Positions 12,694 to 25,398 of a DNA stretch of 64,000 bases are shown here, piece after piece. A model generated the notes under the pieces. The model made no database searches. It was not told the DNA's origin and saw only the letters and a program-made list of their open reading frames with translations. The position numbers and the translations under genes were made by a program. Source of the stretch: Mytilus galloprovincialis (lineage: Eukaryota); NCBI RefSeq assembly GCF_965363235.1, contig NC_134841.1:74653723-74717722 (forward strand), written 5' to 3'. The first letter of the stretch is position 1. Every line of letters starts with the position of its first letter.

Positions 12694-13136
12694 CTGGAAA
12701 GACAAAAAGATCACAAAAATTACATAGACAATGACTGTATAGTGGCTTTTAATATCAGCTGTATTTGTATGAGGCTGAGAAACGTAATGTGAACTATTAC
12801 ACCTGTTTCGAGCCAAGTCTCAAAAGGACACAATAATACATCACTTAAAGTATATAATTATTGTCTTTAGCATAGCAACTGATTTCAACAGTAAATATAA
12901 ATAAATATTGCCAGATTTAAAACAAAAGTGCTTCAAAAAACTTCACTGAAAATGCTGAAATTGATATTTTTGCATGGTTGTTTTTGTGTGTTTCATATGT
13001 AAACATTCAATTTTTTTCTATCAATGATTGGGGCCATAGAATAATCTCATTATAGATACTGATCTTTCTCAAAGGCAAGTATTGGTAAAATATATATGAG
13101 CAGACCTTGATGAGATAAATGTTCAACCCAACATAC

Positions 13137-13302
13137 CCCCAGCTTCAAGTTGACCAGGTTGTAGTACTGTTTCATCTATGACTAATGATGTCCTCTCTGG
13201 TAGTTGCAAGACTCCAGATTTTAAACGGTTTGCTGTGTAGTCTTTTTCTGGACATAATCGTAAAGTATTCATGTTTTCTATTGACAAGGGCAGTAAATGT
13301 GA
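13137..13302 (-). CDS. MCMBP: MCMBP coding exon 10
   Basis: [56 protein letters not shown] aligns with human [52 protein letters not shown]. Confidence 0.85.
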
Positions 13303-13772
13303 CTGAAAATAAAAGAAATGGTTAAAAGTAATACAAACTGTGAGAGACAATTAATGTGTGTGATTCACAAAGTAATTCATCTGGTATGTAAGCTGAAAAT
13401 TTGAGTAGAGATCAAATACAGAGGTCTTAATTAATCAGAAAACTAAAATGAACATGATGCTACACATAGATAAAAACATTCCCATACAATGATGCTCTGT
13501 TCACATGATCACATTTCAATTTCAACAAAGTATTGGTCAAACCCTAGTTTTGGCATATATCAAAAACGTCCACATCATAATAAACATGAGTATTTAGTTC
13601 CAAGTGAAATTGACCACAACATCATGAACTACTGTAAGCTAAATTTAAACCAACCTGATATAAAATAACAGACTGTTACATGCCCAGACATGAAAACGTC
13701 AAGTTCTTCATTTTTAATAGGCAGGGCAAAATAGCCAAGAAATAAAGTACTCATATTGTTATTAAGGTATAC

Positions 13773-13890
13773 CTGTGAAAGCAGTCCTGCCATGAACACT
13801 TGTAATAGCTGACCATATTTAGGCGTTACTGGGCAATGACTGAGGTTCAGACTGAACTTTCCCAACGGCATCACATCGGCTCTCCCATAC
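13773..13890 (-). CDS. MCMBP: MCMBP coding exon 9
   Basis: YGRADVMPLGKFSLNLSHCPVTPKYGQLLQVFMAGLLSQ aligns with human [40 protein letters not shown]. Confidence 0.85.
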
Positions 13891-14909
13891 CTAAAAAACA
13901 TTTTTTAATTGAGTTTAAAATCAATTGCTATGGTTCAGTGTGACAAAGTAGCTTCAAATGGAACAGACTCCAAAAGCCTGCATATTTAGGTGATGCAAGA
14001 AAACAAAGATGCAGCATCAGCTTTTTAATAGTGTTGTGGATTCATTTTATTCGTTGTGTACCAAATTTCATGGGTTTAGTGGGTACTGATGAAACACAAA
14101 TTTAAATGTTAAAGGAAGTACAAATTTTCTGTAGGCTTTGTGTGCAGAAATCGGCAACACCACGGAATCAAATATCCATGAAAATGCAAAATTTTTAATC
14201 CACAAAAATTGATACCCACAACATGAATTTTTCTAGCATTCCACAGGGTCCGGTTTTCGGACCCATTCCCAACGGCAAAAAACCTACATTTTTCCCAATT
14301 TTGGGAGTAAAATTCCCAAATGATCACAAAATTAAATAGAAACGGGATATATTTTATACAGAACTCAAAATATTTTAGTTCACAAATTTTCTTGTCCAAA
14401 CAAAAAATAAAATGTAACAATCCTTTAAGAAGTTAGAACTCATTATTTTGATACTCAAATAAACTTTAAAGCCATCTTGTTATATTTAAAAACAAAGAAG
14501 GTGTAGGTAGTCCTTACTTTATTTTCACCAACAAAACAAAATTTAATGAACAAAACACATTAAAACTAACATCCGGTATATTGGTTGTTTTTCCCAATTT
14601 CATTGAAAACCGCGTTAAAAAATTCCCAAAACTGGCCAGGGTCCTTTTTCCCAAAATACTCGGATAAACCCCTGCACAAAAATCAATAAACCCACAATAT
14701 TGCTCTTCTCTTATTGGCTTTACCAAGCAAAAACTGGCAAAAAATACTGTTTTGCTAGTTCAGCCTCCAACGTCCAAAAGTAGGATTTTGTTTAGTATTT
14801 CCCATTTATTCAAGGGCAACAAGACGGACAATATATTATTGTTAACTATTGACACCCTCGCTGAAATCAGTTACCAAACATAGAACTATTATGGTAATTG
14901 AATACTTAC

Positions 14910-15033
14910 ACAGAGGATAATAGATGCAAAAGAAAAAACTCTGCAGCTAGACTGTCTCCTAGTAATGCATGTTCCAACAATTCCATTATTCTCCCTCTTA
15001 AAGTATCTATTTCTTGCTCCAGTTGCTGAAATT
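14910..15033 (-). CDS. MCMBP: MCMBP coding exon 8
   Basis: (K)[40 protein letters not shown] aligns with human [37 protein letters not shown]. Confidence 0.8.
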
Positions 15034-16564
15034 CTGAGAGAGAAAAATTGCATTAACAAGTACACTGACAATAAACATGATCAAGGTTCTTACCATGTAT
15101 TCAAAGAAGAGGTTATCATTTATTTTTTAAATAAAAAAAAAATGTTGGAACTTTGCCAGAACTATCCTTTTTAATTTGGAAAATCAAGATGCCTGATTTA
15201 TAAAGTACAAATGAAAGAAACACAGCATTTTTTCAATTTTCTTTCCGCAAACACTGTTGAGCTCAGATAAAACAGCTAGCTTCAAGATGATCATTGGCTT
15301 TATGGAAGTTCCCATTGAATGAAATCCACAGATGACAATAGCTATTATATCTATTCAATGAGACAGTTCAGCTTCCAGGCCTCTACATTAACATTTTTTC
15401 TAACTTGTCCCTTCGGACAAGTGGCAAGAAAATCAGCTTGTCCGAACTCTTAACTCACTTGCCCGAATTCATAATTGAAAATCTAACATATTGATGATTT
15501 ATGCAATAATAACACTTGGGCTTTGATTGTACCTAATAAAAGGAGCATTTTGTAATGTTATTATATGAATACCACATCAAAATACATTTCATTATTTCAG
15601 AATGAAAGTTTTTTTTGCAAGACTGTGTTCTCTGACTCAATGTCACTATCATTTGTCAATCATTAAATCATCATTTCTTCCCAAACCACTACGTTCCCCT
15701 ATGGACCTATTCATTTTTTAGTAGTGGTATGGGTTAAACCAAGGATGTAAATACACCTGGCCACCTTGAACATGTATATGAGTAAACCTTTTTAATTTAT
15801 TGATGATGTCAAAACAAGCTTTTACAATTTATTTTGATTTGTATATATACATTGATATATGATCATAAAGTACATACACATTTCACTAAAAAATCTGCCT
15901 TTTTAATTTAGATTTTTTTTTTTTTTTTTTATCTTAAATTTTTATATCATAGATCTTATCAAATAAAACCTCTTTTAATGTATTGCTATGCATAAAAGCA
16001 AAATCAAATGAAACATACTTTAATTTAATATTCTAAAGTTTAGGTAAAACTCCATATGGAGGTGCTCCTAATTCAAGGAAGCTTATACTAAGAAGATACA
16101 TTAACATTGGTTTCTTTCCCCTTACTTATATCCCCCTGGTCAATGGCTGCCAGTATGTTCAAATACTCCAAATCAGAGACATATTATACAAGTTTTATAT
16201 GTCTCTGGTTCAATCAATGAATAATTATTTCATTAAGTATGATCAATAAAACAATCATTCATATTTTTGGGAATGTATAAGTCTTGAATTTGATCTATTT
16301 TTATCTGACCTTGATTTTTCACTTGTCCCATCGGACAAGTAGTATGGTGAATCTACTTGCCCGACACCTGTGTCCACTTGTCCTGGACAATCGGACAAAC
16401 GTTAATGTCGAGCCCTGGCTTCCAAGAATTCAAATACCCTGAATAACACACACTGATTCTCATGTCATGAAAGGTTTTGTTTCCTTCAAAATGATTTGTT
16501 ATTTCTTTTGAAAGTAGCTTTAGCATATAAAGATTAAAACTGTAGTCCACAACTCTGCACTTAC

Positions 16565-16734
16565 TAGCTTTATATTCGTCTGTGTCTGGTATCTGTGGCA
16601 GCAGTGGATTATTGTGTGTCAGTTTGTTACACAAAACAGCATGTAATCTTGGTACCAATGAAGGGGGCGGGGCATGAGCATTGATCTCTTCTACAGGTGG
16701 CTGATATCCTTCTACACCAAATTCTTCAGGTTGA
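16565..16734 (-). CDS. MCMBP: MCMBP coding exon 7
   Basis: QPEEFGVEGYQPPVEEINAHAPPPSLVPRLHAVLCNKLTHNNPLLPQIPDTDEYKA aligns with human SLVPRIHVILAQKLQHINPLLPACLNKEESKT. Acceptor ttctag, donor gtaagt. Confidence 0.8.
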
Positions 16735-17073
16735 CTAGAATATTATAAAATTATTTGGTGTAATTTTCAAAATATTATAAACAGGTCAAATATGCAAATT
16801 TTATTTCTTTACTGTGGATTATTTTTGCAGCTGTTCAATATGATGATTTCACAATTTTATTTAATCTCAAAATTGGGGAAAATAATCCCCTCATTTAATT
16901 GTCCTTCTTGACAATTTATCTTGTATAAAATAAAAAAATATCTATAATCAATCAATATAAAACGGGTGATGGAAGCTTGTTGGTACTCACTTTTCTTTCT
17001 GTATGTTAAGTTACTTCATAAATTTCCCATTTTTCCACCACATTAAAATGTTTTAATTTAATAATGCACTTAC

Positions 17074-17171
17074 TTTTCAGGATTAAATTGTGCTAAGGCT
17101 GGATCCACAGATAATATTCCAATGAATTCTACCATGTCATTCACTTTAAACTTGTCAATATCATCATAAAT
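17074..17171 (-). CDS. MCMBP: MCMBP coding exon 6
   Basis: IYDDIDKFKVNDMVEFIGILSVDPALAQFNPE aligns with human [33 protein letters not shown]. Confidence 0.85.
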
Positions 17172-17494
17172 CTGAAATTACAAGATTAAAATTGTCAGAA
17201 TATTATGTCAGAAGTCTTACGATAAAAGGCCAAACAATTATTTGCATAACAAATATTGTAACTTGAGGACTCAAATGTCCCCCCCTTACTTTTCTTTAAG
17301 AAACAATCAAAAGATTCTATTTGGTCTTTTATTTGGTTCATGCATCATTATTTGATATTTTGATTTTGAATTCTTACAAACTCATAGAAAAATGGGTTTG
17401 GACCAACTTCTTATGTAAGGAGTACCTTAATTGCAAATCCTTAAACTAGAGGCTCTCAAGTGCCTGTGTCGCTCACCTGTTACTGTAGTTACTG

Positions 17495-19140
17495 ATGTCA
17501 GCCATCTTGGTTGGTAGGCGGGGTCATTAGACACTTTTTTTTTATAGATACCCTAGTAATGATTGTGGCCAAGTTTGGTTTAATTTGGCCCAGCTTTAGA
17601 AAAGAAGATTTTTGTACAAGTTACAACAAGAATGTGTCCAAAGTACACGCATGCCCCACTCGCACTATCATTTTTCATGTTCAATGGACCGTGAAATTGG
17701 GTAAAAAAGACTAATTTGGCTTTAAAATTAAAAAGATCATATCATAAGCAAAAAGTGTACTAAGTTTCAAGTTGATTGGACTTCAGCTTCATCAAAAACT
17801 ACCTTGACCAAAAACTTTAACCTGAAACTCCCATTTTCATTTTCTATGTTCAGTGGACCGTGAAATTGGGGTCAAAAGTCTAATTTGGCTTTAAAATTAG
17901 AAAGATCATATCATAAGCAACAAGTGTACTAAGTTTCAAGTTGATTGGACTTCAGCTTCATCAAAAACTACCTTGACCAAAAACTTTAACCTGAAAGGAC
18001 GGACGGACGCACAGACGAACGGAGGCACAGACCAGAAAACATAATGCCCCTCTACTATCGTAGGTGGGGCATAAAAATGACGAAAAGTAGTTAAAAATTT
18101 ACTATAAAGGGCAATAACTCTTTTAGGGGTCCTCTGACAATTTTGGTCATGTTGACTTATTTGTAGATCTTACTTTGCTGAACATTATTGCTGTTTACAG
18201 TTTATCTCTATCTATAATGGTATTCACGATAATAACCAAAAACTGCAAAATTTCCTTTAAATTACAAATTTTAGGGCAGCAACCCAACAACGGGTTGTGG
18301 GATTAATCTGAAAATTTGTGAGGGGATATTTCTTATTCTGATGGACATTTAATAAATCTTGAAAGATTTGCTCTAAATGTCTTAGTTTTAAAGATATATA
18401 GCAAAAACAGCATTTTACCACTATGTTCTAATTTTAGCCATGTCGGCCATTTTGTTTGGTAGGCGGGGTCATCGGACACATTTTTAAAACTATATACCAC
18501 AATGATGATTGTGGCCAAGTTTAGTTAAATTTGGCTTAGCAGTTTCAGAGAAGATAATTGTACAAGTTACAAAAGATGACGAAAAGTTTGTTAAAAATTG
18601 ACTATAAAGGGTAATAACTCCTTAGGGGGTTGACTGACAATTTTGGTCATGTTGACTTATTTGTAGGTCTTACTTGGCTGAACATTATTGCTGTTTACAG
18701 TTTATCTCTATCTATAATAGTATTCAAAATAATAACCAAAAGCTGCAAAATTTACTTAAAATTACCAATTCAGGGGCAGCAACCCAACAACAGGTTGTCC
18801 AAATTGTCTGAAAATTTCAGGGCAGATAGATCTTGACCTGATCAACAATTTTATCCCATGTCAGATTTGCTCTAAATGCTTTGGTTTCAAAGATATAAGC
18901 CAAAATATACATTTTACCCCTGTGTTCTATTTTTAGCCATGGTGGCCATCTTGGTTTGATGGCCAGGTCACCGGACAAATTTTTAAACTAGATACCCCAA
19001 GGATGATTGTGGCCAAGTTTGGTTAAGTTTGGCCCTGTAGTTTCAGAGGAGAAGATTTTTGTAAAAGTTTACAGACGACGGACGCCAAGTGATGAGAAAA
19101 ACTCACTTGACCTTTCAGGTCAGGTGAGCTAAAAATACTA
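17495..19140. repeat. Cluster of interspersed-repeat copies (intronic in MCMBP): a composite ~550-bp element in two tandem copies, preceded by two SINE-like units
   Basis: 18075-18560 and 18560-19140 repeat ctataaagggcaataactc...ggcagcaacccaacaac...tttagccatggcggccatcttgg...gattgtggccaagtttggtt...gacgacggacgccaagtgatgagaaaa.ctcacttg...caggtgagctaaaaa. The same family recurs at 26590-27120, 10320-10410 and 10725-10800. Confidence 0.6.
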
Positions 19141-19228
19141 ATGAACATTAATTATGTTTTGTTTTTTCTCTCCACATTTTCAAACAATTTTACATAAAAT
19201 TTAGCCATGTTGAAAAACTTGTACTTGC

Positions 19229-19302
19229 CTTCACTAAACAAGCCGTGCCCTTTTCGTCTTGCAAAGGAAAGTTTAAATCATGACCAACATTTGGAGGCTG
19301 TG
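19229..19302 (-). CDS. MCMBP: MCMBP coding exon 5 (uses a GC donor: AAG|gcaagt)
   Basis: (A)QPPNVGHDLNFPLQDEKGTACLVK aligns with human [21 protein letters not shown]. Only a GC-AG intron keeps the LVK|IYDD spacing identical to human LVKVYEDWD. Confidence 0.7.
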
Positions 19303-19850
19303 CTGAAAAATACAATAAAAGTATATAATTTTCCTTTTCCCTTAATGCAATAATAATTCCACGTTTGAGCAATATATACATATTCAAAAGTTACAGTAAC
19401 AAGATTATGCTTAAATGTACATGCCCTAGTTTCTATTTTTTAATAAAGAATAACAATTCTTATTTTCATTATTTTTATAGGTTTTCACCCTATCAATACA
19501 TTTTCCCAAAATAGTTGGTTGAAATGTATTTTTTTTTACCTTTGAATAAAATTAATAAAAAAGTAATTTTTTAATATCTTTCAACTAAATCACTCTAAAT
19601 ATTTTCCAAACATTAGTCTGTCAGATATCAGAATTTTTTTCTTAAATTTTAGCCTTGCATATTATGCTTTAGGTCTTTGAAGTTTTTGCTGCTGCCTCAT
19701 CTGAGATCTTATTCATTCAATTCAAAAGATATCAGCAACAGTCTTTCCTAAAAAAACCTGATTATAAAAGAATTTAGAAAAGTTTGTTGTTGTTTTTTTA
19801 GAATAACAGGTTGGTCTTCACACACCTCCTACATTTAAGTGTAAAAATAC

Positions 19851-20031
19851 CTTGTGTATTTTCTGTTCTTGTTCTTTTAGATTCTGCTGAATCACAGGAT
19901 TCTGTACCTCCACTTGGTTCTGAAGTCTCCATAGCAACATCTTCTGATTCTTCATCGAAGGAACGTTTATTTCTGACTGGAACATGTGACATTGATGGTT
20001 GAGCTTTGACTCCTGCCTTGTCAGCATATGT
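19851..20031 (-). CDS. MCMBP: MCMBP coding exon 4
   Basis: TYADKAGVKAQPSMSHVPVRNKRSFDEESEDVAME... aligns with human AYVNANQARVSPSTSYTPSRHKRSYEDDDDMD. It contains ORF 19798..19992(-). Confidence 0.8.
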
Positions 20032-20149
20032 CTAAAATATACACAAGAGTGCACACGCTGAAATGTCTCGCCTTCTATACTATAATTATTGATATTATGT
20101 TGATAGTCCTAAGTATACAGCTAAGCTTTATTACAACTGTCACATAAAC

Positions 20150-20975
20150 TTAACATTAACCAAGATAACTAAACAGACCAATGAACCTTGAAAATGAGGT
20201 CAAGGTCAGATGAACCATGCCAGGCAGACATGTACAGCTAACAATGCTTCTATACAACATATATAGTTGACCCATTACTTATAGTTTAAGAAAAATAGAC
20301 CAAAACACAAAAACTTAACACTGTGCAATGAACCGTGAAAATGAGGTCACGGTCTAATAAAACCTGCGCGACTGACATAAAGATCATGAAATGTTTCCAT
20401 ACACCAAATATAGTTGACCTATGGCATATAGTATTAGATAAAAAGACCAAAACTAAAAAATTTAACTATAACCACTGAACCATGAAAATGGGGTCAAGGA
20501 CACATGACTATGCTCGCTAGACATGTACACCTTACAATCATTCCATACAACAAATATAGAAGACCTATTGCATATAGTATGAGAAAAACAGACCAAAACA
20601 CAAAAATTTAACTATAACCACTGAACCATGAAAATGAGGTCAAGGTCAGATGACACCTGCCAGTTGGACATGTACACCTTACAGTCCTTCTATACACCGA
20701 ATATACTAGCCCTATTGCTTATAGTATCTGAGATATGGACTTGACCACCAAAACTTAACCTTGTTCACTGATCCATGAAATGAGGTCGAGGTCAAGTGAA
20801 AACTGTCTGACAGACATGAGGACCTTGCAAGGTACGCACATATGAAATATAGTTATCCTATTACTTATAATAAGAGAGAATTCAACATTACAAAAAATTT
20901 GAACTTTTTTTTCAAGTGGTCACTGAACCATGAAAATGAGGTCAAGGATATTGGACATGTGACTGACGGAAACTT
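20150..20975. repeat. Satellite-like tandem array, ~147-bp unit × about 6, intronic in MCMBP
   Basis: The core accactgaaccatgaaaatgaggtcaaggtcagatga...acatgtacaccttacaat...caaatatag...gaccaaaacacaaaaatttaac recurs at about 20183, 20331, 20477, 20625, 20771 and 20927. Confidence 0.8.
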
Positions 20976-21550
20976 CGTAACATGAAGCATCTATATACAA
21001 AGTATGACGCATCCAGGTCTTTCACCTTCTAAAATATAAAGCTTTTAAGAAGTGAGCTAACACCGCCGCCGCCGCCGGATCACTATCCCTATGTCGAGCT
21101 TTCTGCAACAAAAGTTGCAGGCTCGACAAAAATCAGATGACATATTTTTAAAAGAGTTAAATTGTTCATTTTATAATAAGATACTATAAGCATTATTATA
21201 AGTTGTAAAAAATATTTTTGGGGATACATTATTTCATGTTTAGGTCTTAATAGCCCATTTTGTGTAAGACTTGCTGCAAAATTTGTTATCGAAGAAATAC
21301 ATATCAAAGTTGTGAATAACATCTGTCCGAATATTCAAGGCAAAAAAAAAAGCCATCAAATCATAACAGTTGTCATTTTTTTAGGTCCAGAATATGTGGG
21401 CAAAGGCAAATGTAATATTTTTCTTCTGCATTATTAAACTGCAATTTGAATGCATAATTGTACTGTTATATAAACATGCAGCTTCAAAATATTTCTAAAT
21501 TGCATATACTTTGCCTTTACAACAATTTTACTATTATTTTCAAACCCTAC

Positions 21551-21652
21551 CTCTTTTACCCAAGTTGTCTCCCCTGGTATTGGTACACAATATATTGTTT
21601 GTCTGTCCATAGTAACATTGTCTCTGGATTCTAAATCTATCTGTTGCGATTT
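21551..21652 (-). CDS. MCMBP: MCMBP coding exon 3
   Basis: [34 protein letters not shown] aligns with human [34 protein letters not shown]. Confidence 0.85.
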
Positions 21653-22448
21653 CTGCAACATCATAAATTAAATACATTGTATACATAAATCAAAGAATTA
21701 TAAAGTCTACATGCTGAACACATATTGGCTAAACAATTAATTCAAACTAGACACAATTTTATCCACTGTTAGCTGGTTTATTCTTTTACACTGTAAAAAT
21801 TCAGTGAGGTATTCTATTTATTTGTTTTGAGTCTTTAATAAAGCATATATGTGTATATAAGCATGGATGTGCACTGACCTGCATTCACCAGTATCAGGAG
21901 TTTCATTATCTTTCATGTTGACTGGTACTTACCATGTTTGTAGGTGGTACTTTTAAATTTATTCCATGAATATCTTATATAAAAATTCCTACATTTAGGC
22001 GGTACTTGTCAATAGCATAGGAGGGTAAAAGTACCGGGTACCGCCTCCTAATGAATGGCCTGCAGTATTGAAACCAGAAGTAGGTCATGGATGTGCACTG
22101 ACCTGCATTCACCAGTATTGAAACCAGAAGTAGGTCTTGTTCAGGCTTAACTTTAATTAATGCAAATTCAGCTCAACTCTTACACTATTTAAATTCATGC
22201 TGATAGTGTTCATAAACAACAAGAAAAATAATAAAATATAAAATTTTATGACGCCATATTTGACCAAATTGAAATTGTTGATGAATAACAGGAATCTCTA
22301 CTGCTAAAGGCTAGTCCAGATTAAGATAAGCAGAGGATCTCAATGCCACCAAGATCTTGTTGTAATAATAACATAATGATAATTTATTATATTGGAGAAT
22401 GTTATGAATTTTAATGACTAAAACATTACAGCCTTCATGTAAACTTAC

Positions 22449-22631
22449 AGAACAGTCTGCGATGTCTTTATACATCCCTGATTTCTGTGTTACTTTCGAT
22501 GTTTCTAAATCCTTCACCTGATAGAGTCCAAGGTAGAATTCTGGATCATATATATCCTGGACCATACATCTAAATCTCACTAAAGAGTTTGGTTTCAGTG
22601 TATGTAGTGGAGTATCATTTAAACTTGGTAC
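22449..22631 (-). CDS. MCMBP: MCMBP coding exon 2
   Basis: [61 protein letters not shown] aligns with human [41 protein letters not shown]...HFGKYRDVAEC. Acceptor tttgcag, donor gtaagt. Confidence 0.85.
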
Positions 22632-23044
22632 CTGCAAATATAGAAAACTTCTTTTAAACAAAAGTTCTGCTTTTAAGTAGGTATTATGGAACAAAACCAG
22701 TTAGGCTATAAATAATAAATCTTCACCAGACCCTGTTAATTATGGGTTTTAGCATTTACTACTTTTTAATTGTCTTTCTTTTGGCCAATATAACTTCAAC
22801 TAATAAAAGCTCTACTTGTGCTATAATATTTAAAGACCTCTTTTCAGTATTCTCACTAGTACTTGCAATTTTTCATTCAAGTTCATGTATGACTGACAGT
22901 TATTGTATAAACTTTTAAATACATATCATAATTAACATGAAAGACACTTTCATTTGAGTGACGACTTTGGTACTTATAGGTGACTATATCATGTCTTTCA
23001 TTTATAATTATGTAAACATAATTTTGGAAGGAATTGAATATTAA

Positions 23045-23111
23045 TCCCTTTCCACTTTGCACTTGTGAGTGCTACAAGGCAGCATTCGCACCCGCAAAGT
23101 CGAAGGGATTA
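23045..23111. mobile_element. piggyBac-like TIR-only mini element flanked by TTAA
   Basis: TTAA|tccctttccactttgc ...loop... gcaaagtcgaaggga|TTAA. The terminus CCCTTTC(C/A)AC matches the 25399-26279 MITE. The loop sequence recurs at 40312-40345. Confidence 0.4.
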
Positions 23112-23164
23112 ATATAAGTTTCAAAACTTGTTTCCCAATCCACTAAAAATAAATATGTTTAAAT

Positions 23165-24193
23165 GGATAGTAGCTACGATTTTCATTAAAATTACTTTTT
23201 TAATCTGTATGCCAGATTTTGTACAAAAAGTAAAATAAGTATGATTAAAACAATTACTGGTTACTTTCCATTTAGCATTTAGAAGCTTTTTAACGTTTAA
23301 CACCAACATTTATTTATTGTCTATAGATAATAATTCGATGTTTAGCCCAACCCTTATTCCTATGACCTATGTTGACCTTTACTCTTTGGTTCCCAATGTG
23401 CAATCGCATATTGTGCCTGGAAGGGAAAACGGTCGAAGAGGGGAATGTTATTCAAATTGTACTTGAATTTACAGTTTCAGCTAGAACAGAAACAAAAAGA
23501 GGTGCAGACAAGTTATTGTAAATAATAAATAAAAAACGTTGATGAGATTGGTCATTAAAATCACTCAAAACTCCTGCGACGCAGGAAAAGTCGAACAGAA
23601 GTAGCTGACGGTTTGCATAATGTTTACATTTCTTAAATTTTCCAGATCACATGAATATAAATCGCAATGTGTTCATTATTGTCAAAAATATGTTTATAAA
23701 TTACGGGCAGTGATCTCCCACCTTAGAAGAAATTAGAAATCAACTTCCTACAAGTATTATTCTTCAAGTGTATCCTTCATGGAGGCCCCAATTTAACACA
23801 CAAACATGTGTATACATTATCGGCATGGTTTGGAGAATCTAAGGTTGGAATAATATGCCGGTTTTTGTTATATTATTTATTTACATAAATTGGGAAATGG
23901 CGTCAAATATGTACGTTTAATATAGAGTATTATCAAATACGTAAGAAAACAAAAAGCACATATTCATATCTATTTATATCTTGGTTAGCTCACTTGCTGT
24001 GTCGGAAAGTAAACCCGATGCATAATTAATGAGATGAATAGGCACGCAACACGATATAAATGATCAATTATTAACACTTCTGTAGTTTATGAAAACATTC
24101 TAGCGATCTTATTGCTTATATTTAGTACATATCTTTGATTTTAGCAGCTTTAAAACTTGTTAATAATTTTGTCAAAATCGTAGCTACTATCCC
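23165..24193. repeat. ~1-kb segment bounded by a 19-bp inverted repeat (candidate non-autonomous DNA element)
   Basis: ggatagtagctacgatttt at 23165-23183 against aaaatcgtagctactatcc at 24175-24193. Confidence 0.25.
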
Positions 24194-24716
24194 TTTAAAG
24201 TAAAGTAAGGATTTGAAAATATTCCTATTTTAGCAATGGGACAAATACATGATGTAATGGCTTTTCCCTTACTTAATGTGAAATAGCTTGTCACCAATTG
24301 GATAATTTACTCATTTACAATGAAAACTATTATTGAGAATCAGATTATCTGGAGCTGTACTTTTCAAATACAATAACCCTTTCTACTATAAATACATGTA
24401 AATCATGACTTCACACCTACTGAACTTTTCATGCAATATACTTATTTTATAAAAAATAAATGTGTGCACGCACAATTCTAATATTATGTTTGAAATTTCA
24501 ACCTCCTTAACTAAACAAACTGAAATCAAACGATTGACCTCCTTAAACTAATGTGCCACAGGCAAAAATATTTTACATCAAACTTGCATGTACCCCAATT
24601 CAATCAGGTCAATAGATTTAAACACATTAACTTACCTCCAACGAATGACATAAGAAATTAAAACACTTTTAACTTATCCCAACTTAGGGCAAAAGACTAA
24701 ACCCCTCATTACTTAC

Positions 24717-24818
24717 CCAACTCAGGGCATAGTTGGTTTGCATCTTACTGCTGAAGTATTCTTTAACACCATTATCATTTTGTTTGTTTTCTGAAAGTAT
24801 ACAAAATCCAGTCTTCAT
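24717..24818 (-). CDS. MCMBP: MCMBP coding exon 1 (ATG at 24816-24818)
   Basis: MKTGFCILSENKQNDNGVKEYFSSKMQTNYALSW aligns with human GFFAQNGVNPDWEKKVIEYFKEKLKENNAPKW and is followed by a gtaagt donor. An in-frame stop lies 8 codons upstream, so this is the first ATG. A further upstream 5'UTR exon is not excluded. Confidence 0.65.
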
Positions 24819-25398
24819 TGGATAACTTGTTACATGTACATGTTAATACATTGTAGAAGTAAATAAAAGATATATCATGTATATAATTATGTTGTTTTAA
24901 CCCTTTAATTTTAGACATATACTATTATGATTCAGGAATGTTTTCAATAAATGAATGGAAACATGTGATGTACTTTATGATCAAACAACCCAATTCAATT
25001 GATTTTTTTACTACATTTGTACTAACATAAAGAAGTCTACATCCAAAATATTTTCTATGTTGAGAAAAAAAAAAACACAAAACTTTCTGTACATATATAC
25101 ACATGCATGGTATGATCTCTGTATTGAAGGCTTTATTTTGACCTATAAGTTTGTGAACCCAAGCTCTGTGTTGAAGGCTGAACTTTGACCAATAATTGTT
25201 AACTTGTATTTTAAACATGTGACATAGATCTATAGAGAAATGTCTTATTGACACATCTTAATTGTGTTAGGCAGACACAAATACACCCAGTCATCACGTT
25301 CAACCACAAGACCAAGTTTGTAAAATTCTTTATTATTGTCTGACTTCTATATACATGTATTTGCAGAAAAAAAATCTTAAATTTTTTTTTTTTTTTAA

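Noticed and set aside
14109-14726. Two minus-strand ORFs (103 aa and 70 aa) in the MCMBP intron
   Set aside because: The region contains repeated tttcccaa and ggaccc motifs (interspersed repeat) and has no homology. It is not splice-compatible with MCMBP exons 8 and 9.
22632-22694. Upstream part of ORF 22311..22694 ([21 protein letters not shown]) as the MCMBP N-terminus
   Set aside because: The ORF starts with a non-ATG (TTG) codon and this segment has no similarity to MCMBP. An acceptor (tttgcag) sits exactly where the homology begins (VPSLND). The real N-terminus is supplied by the exon at 24717-24818.
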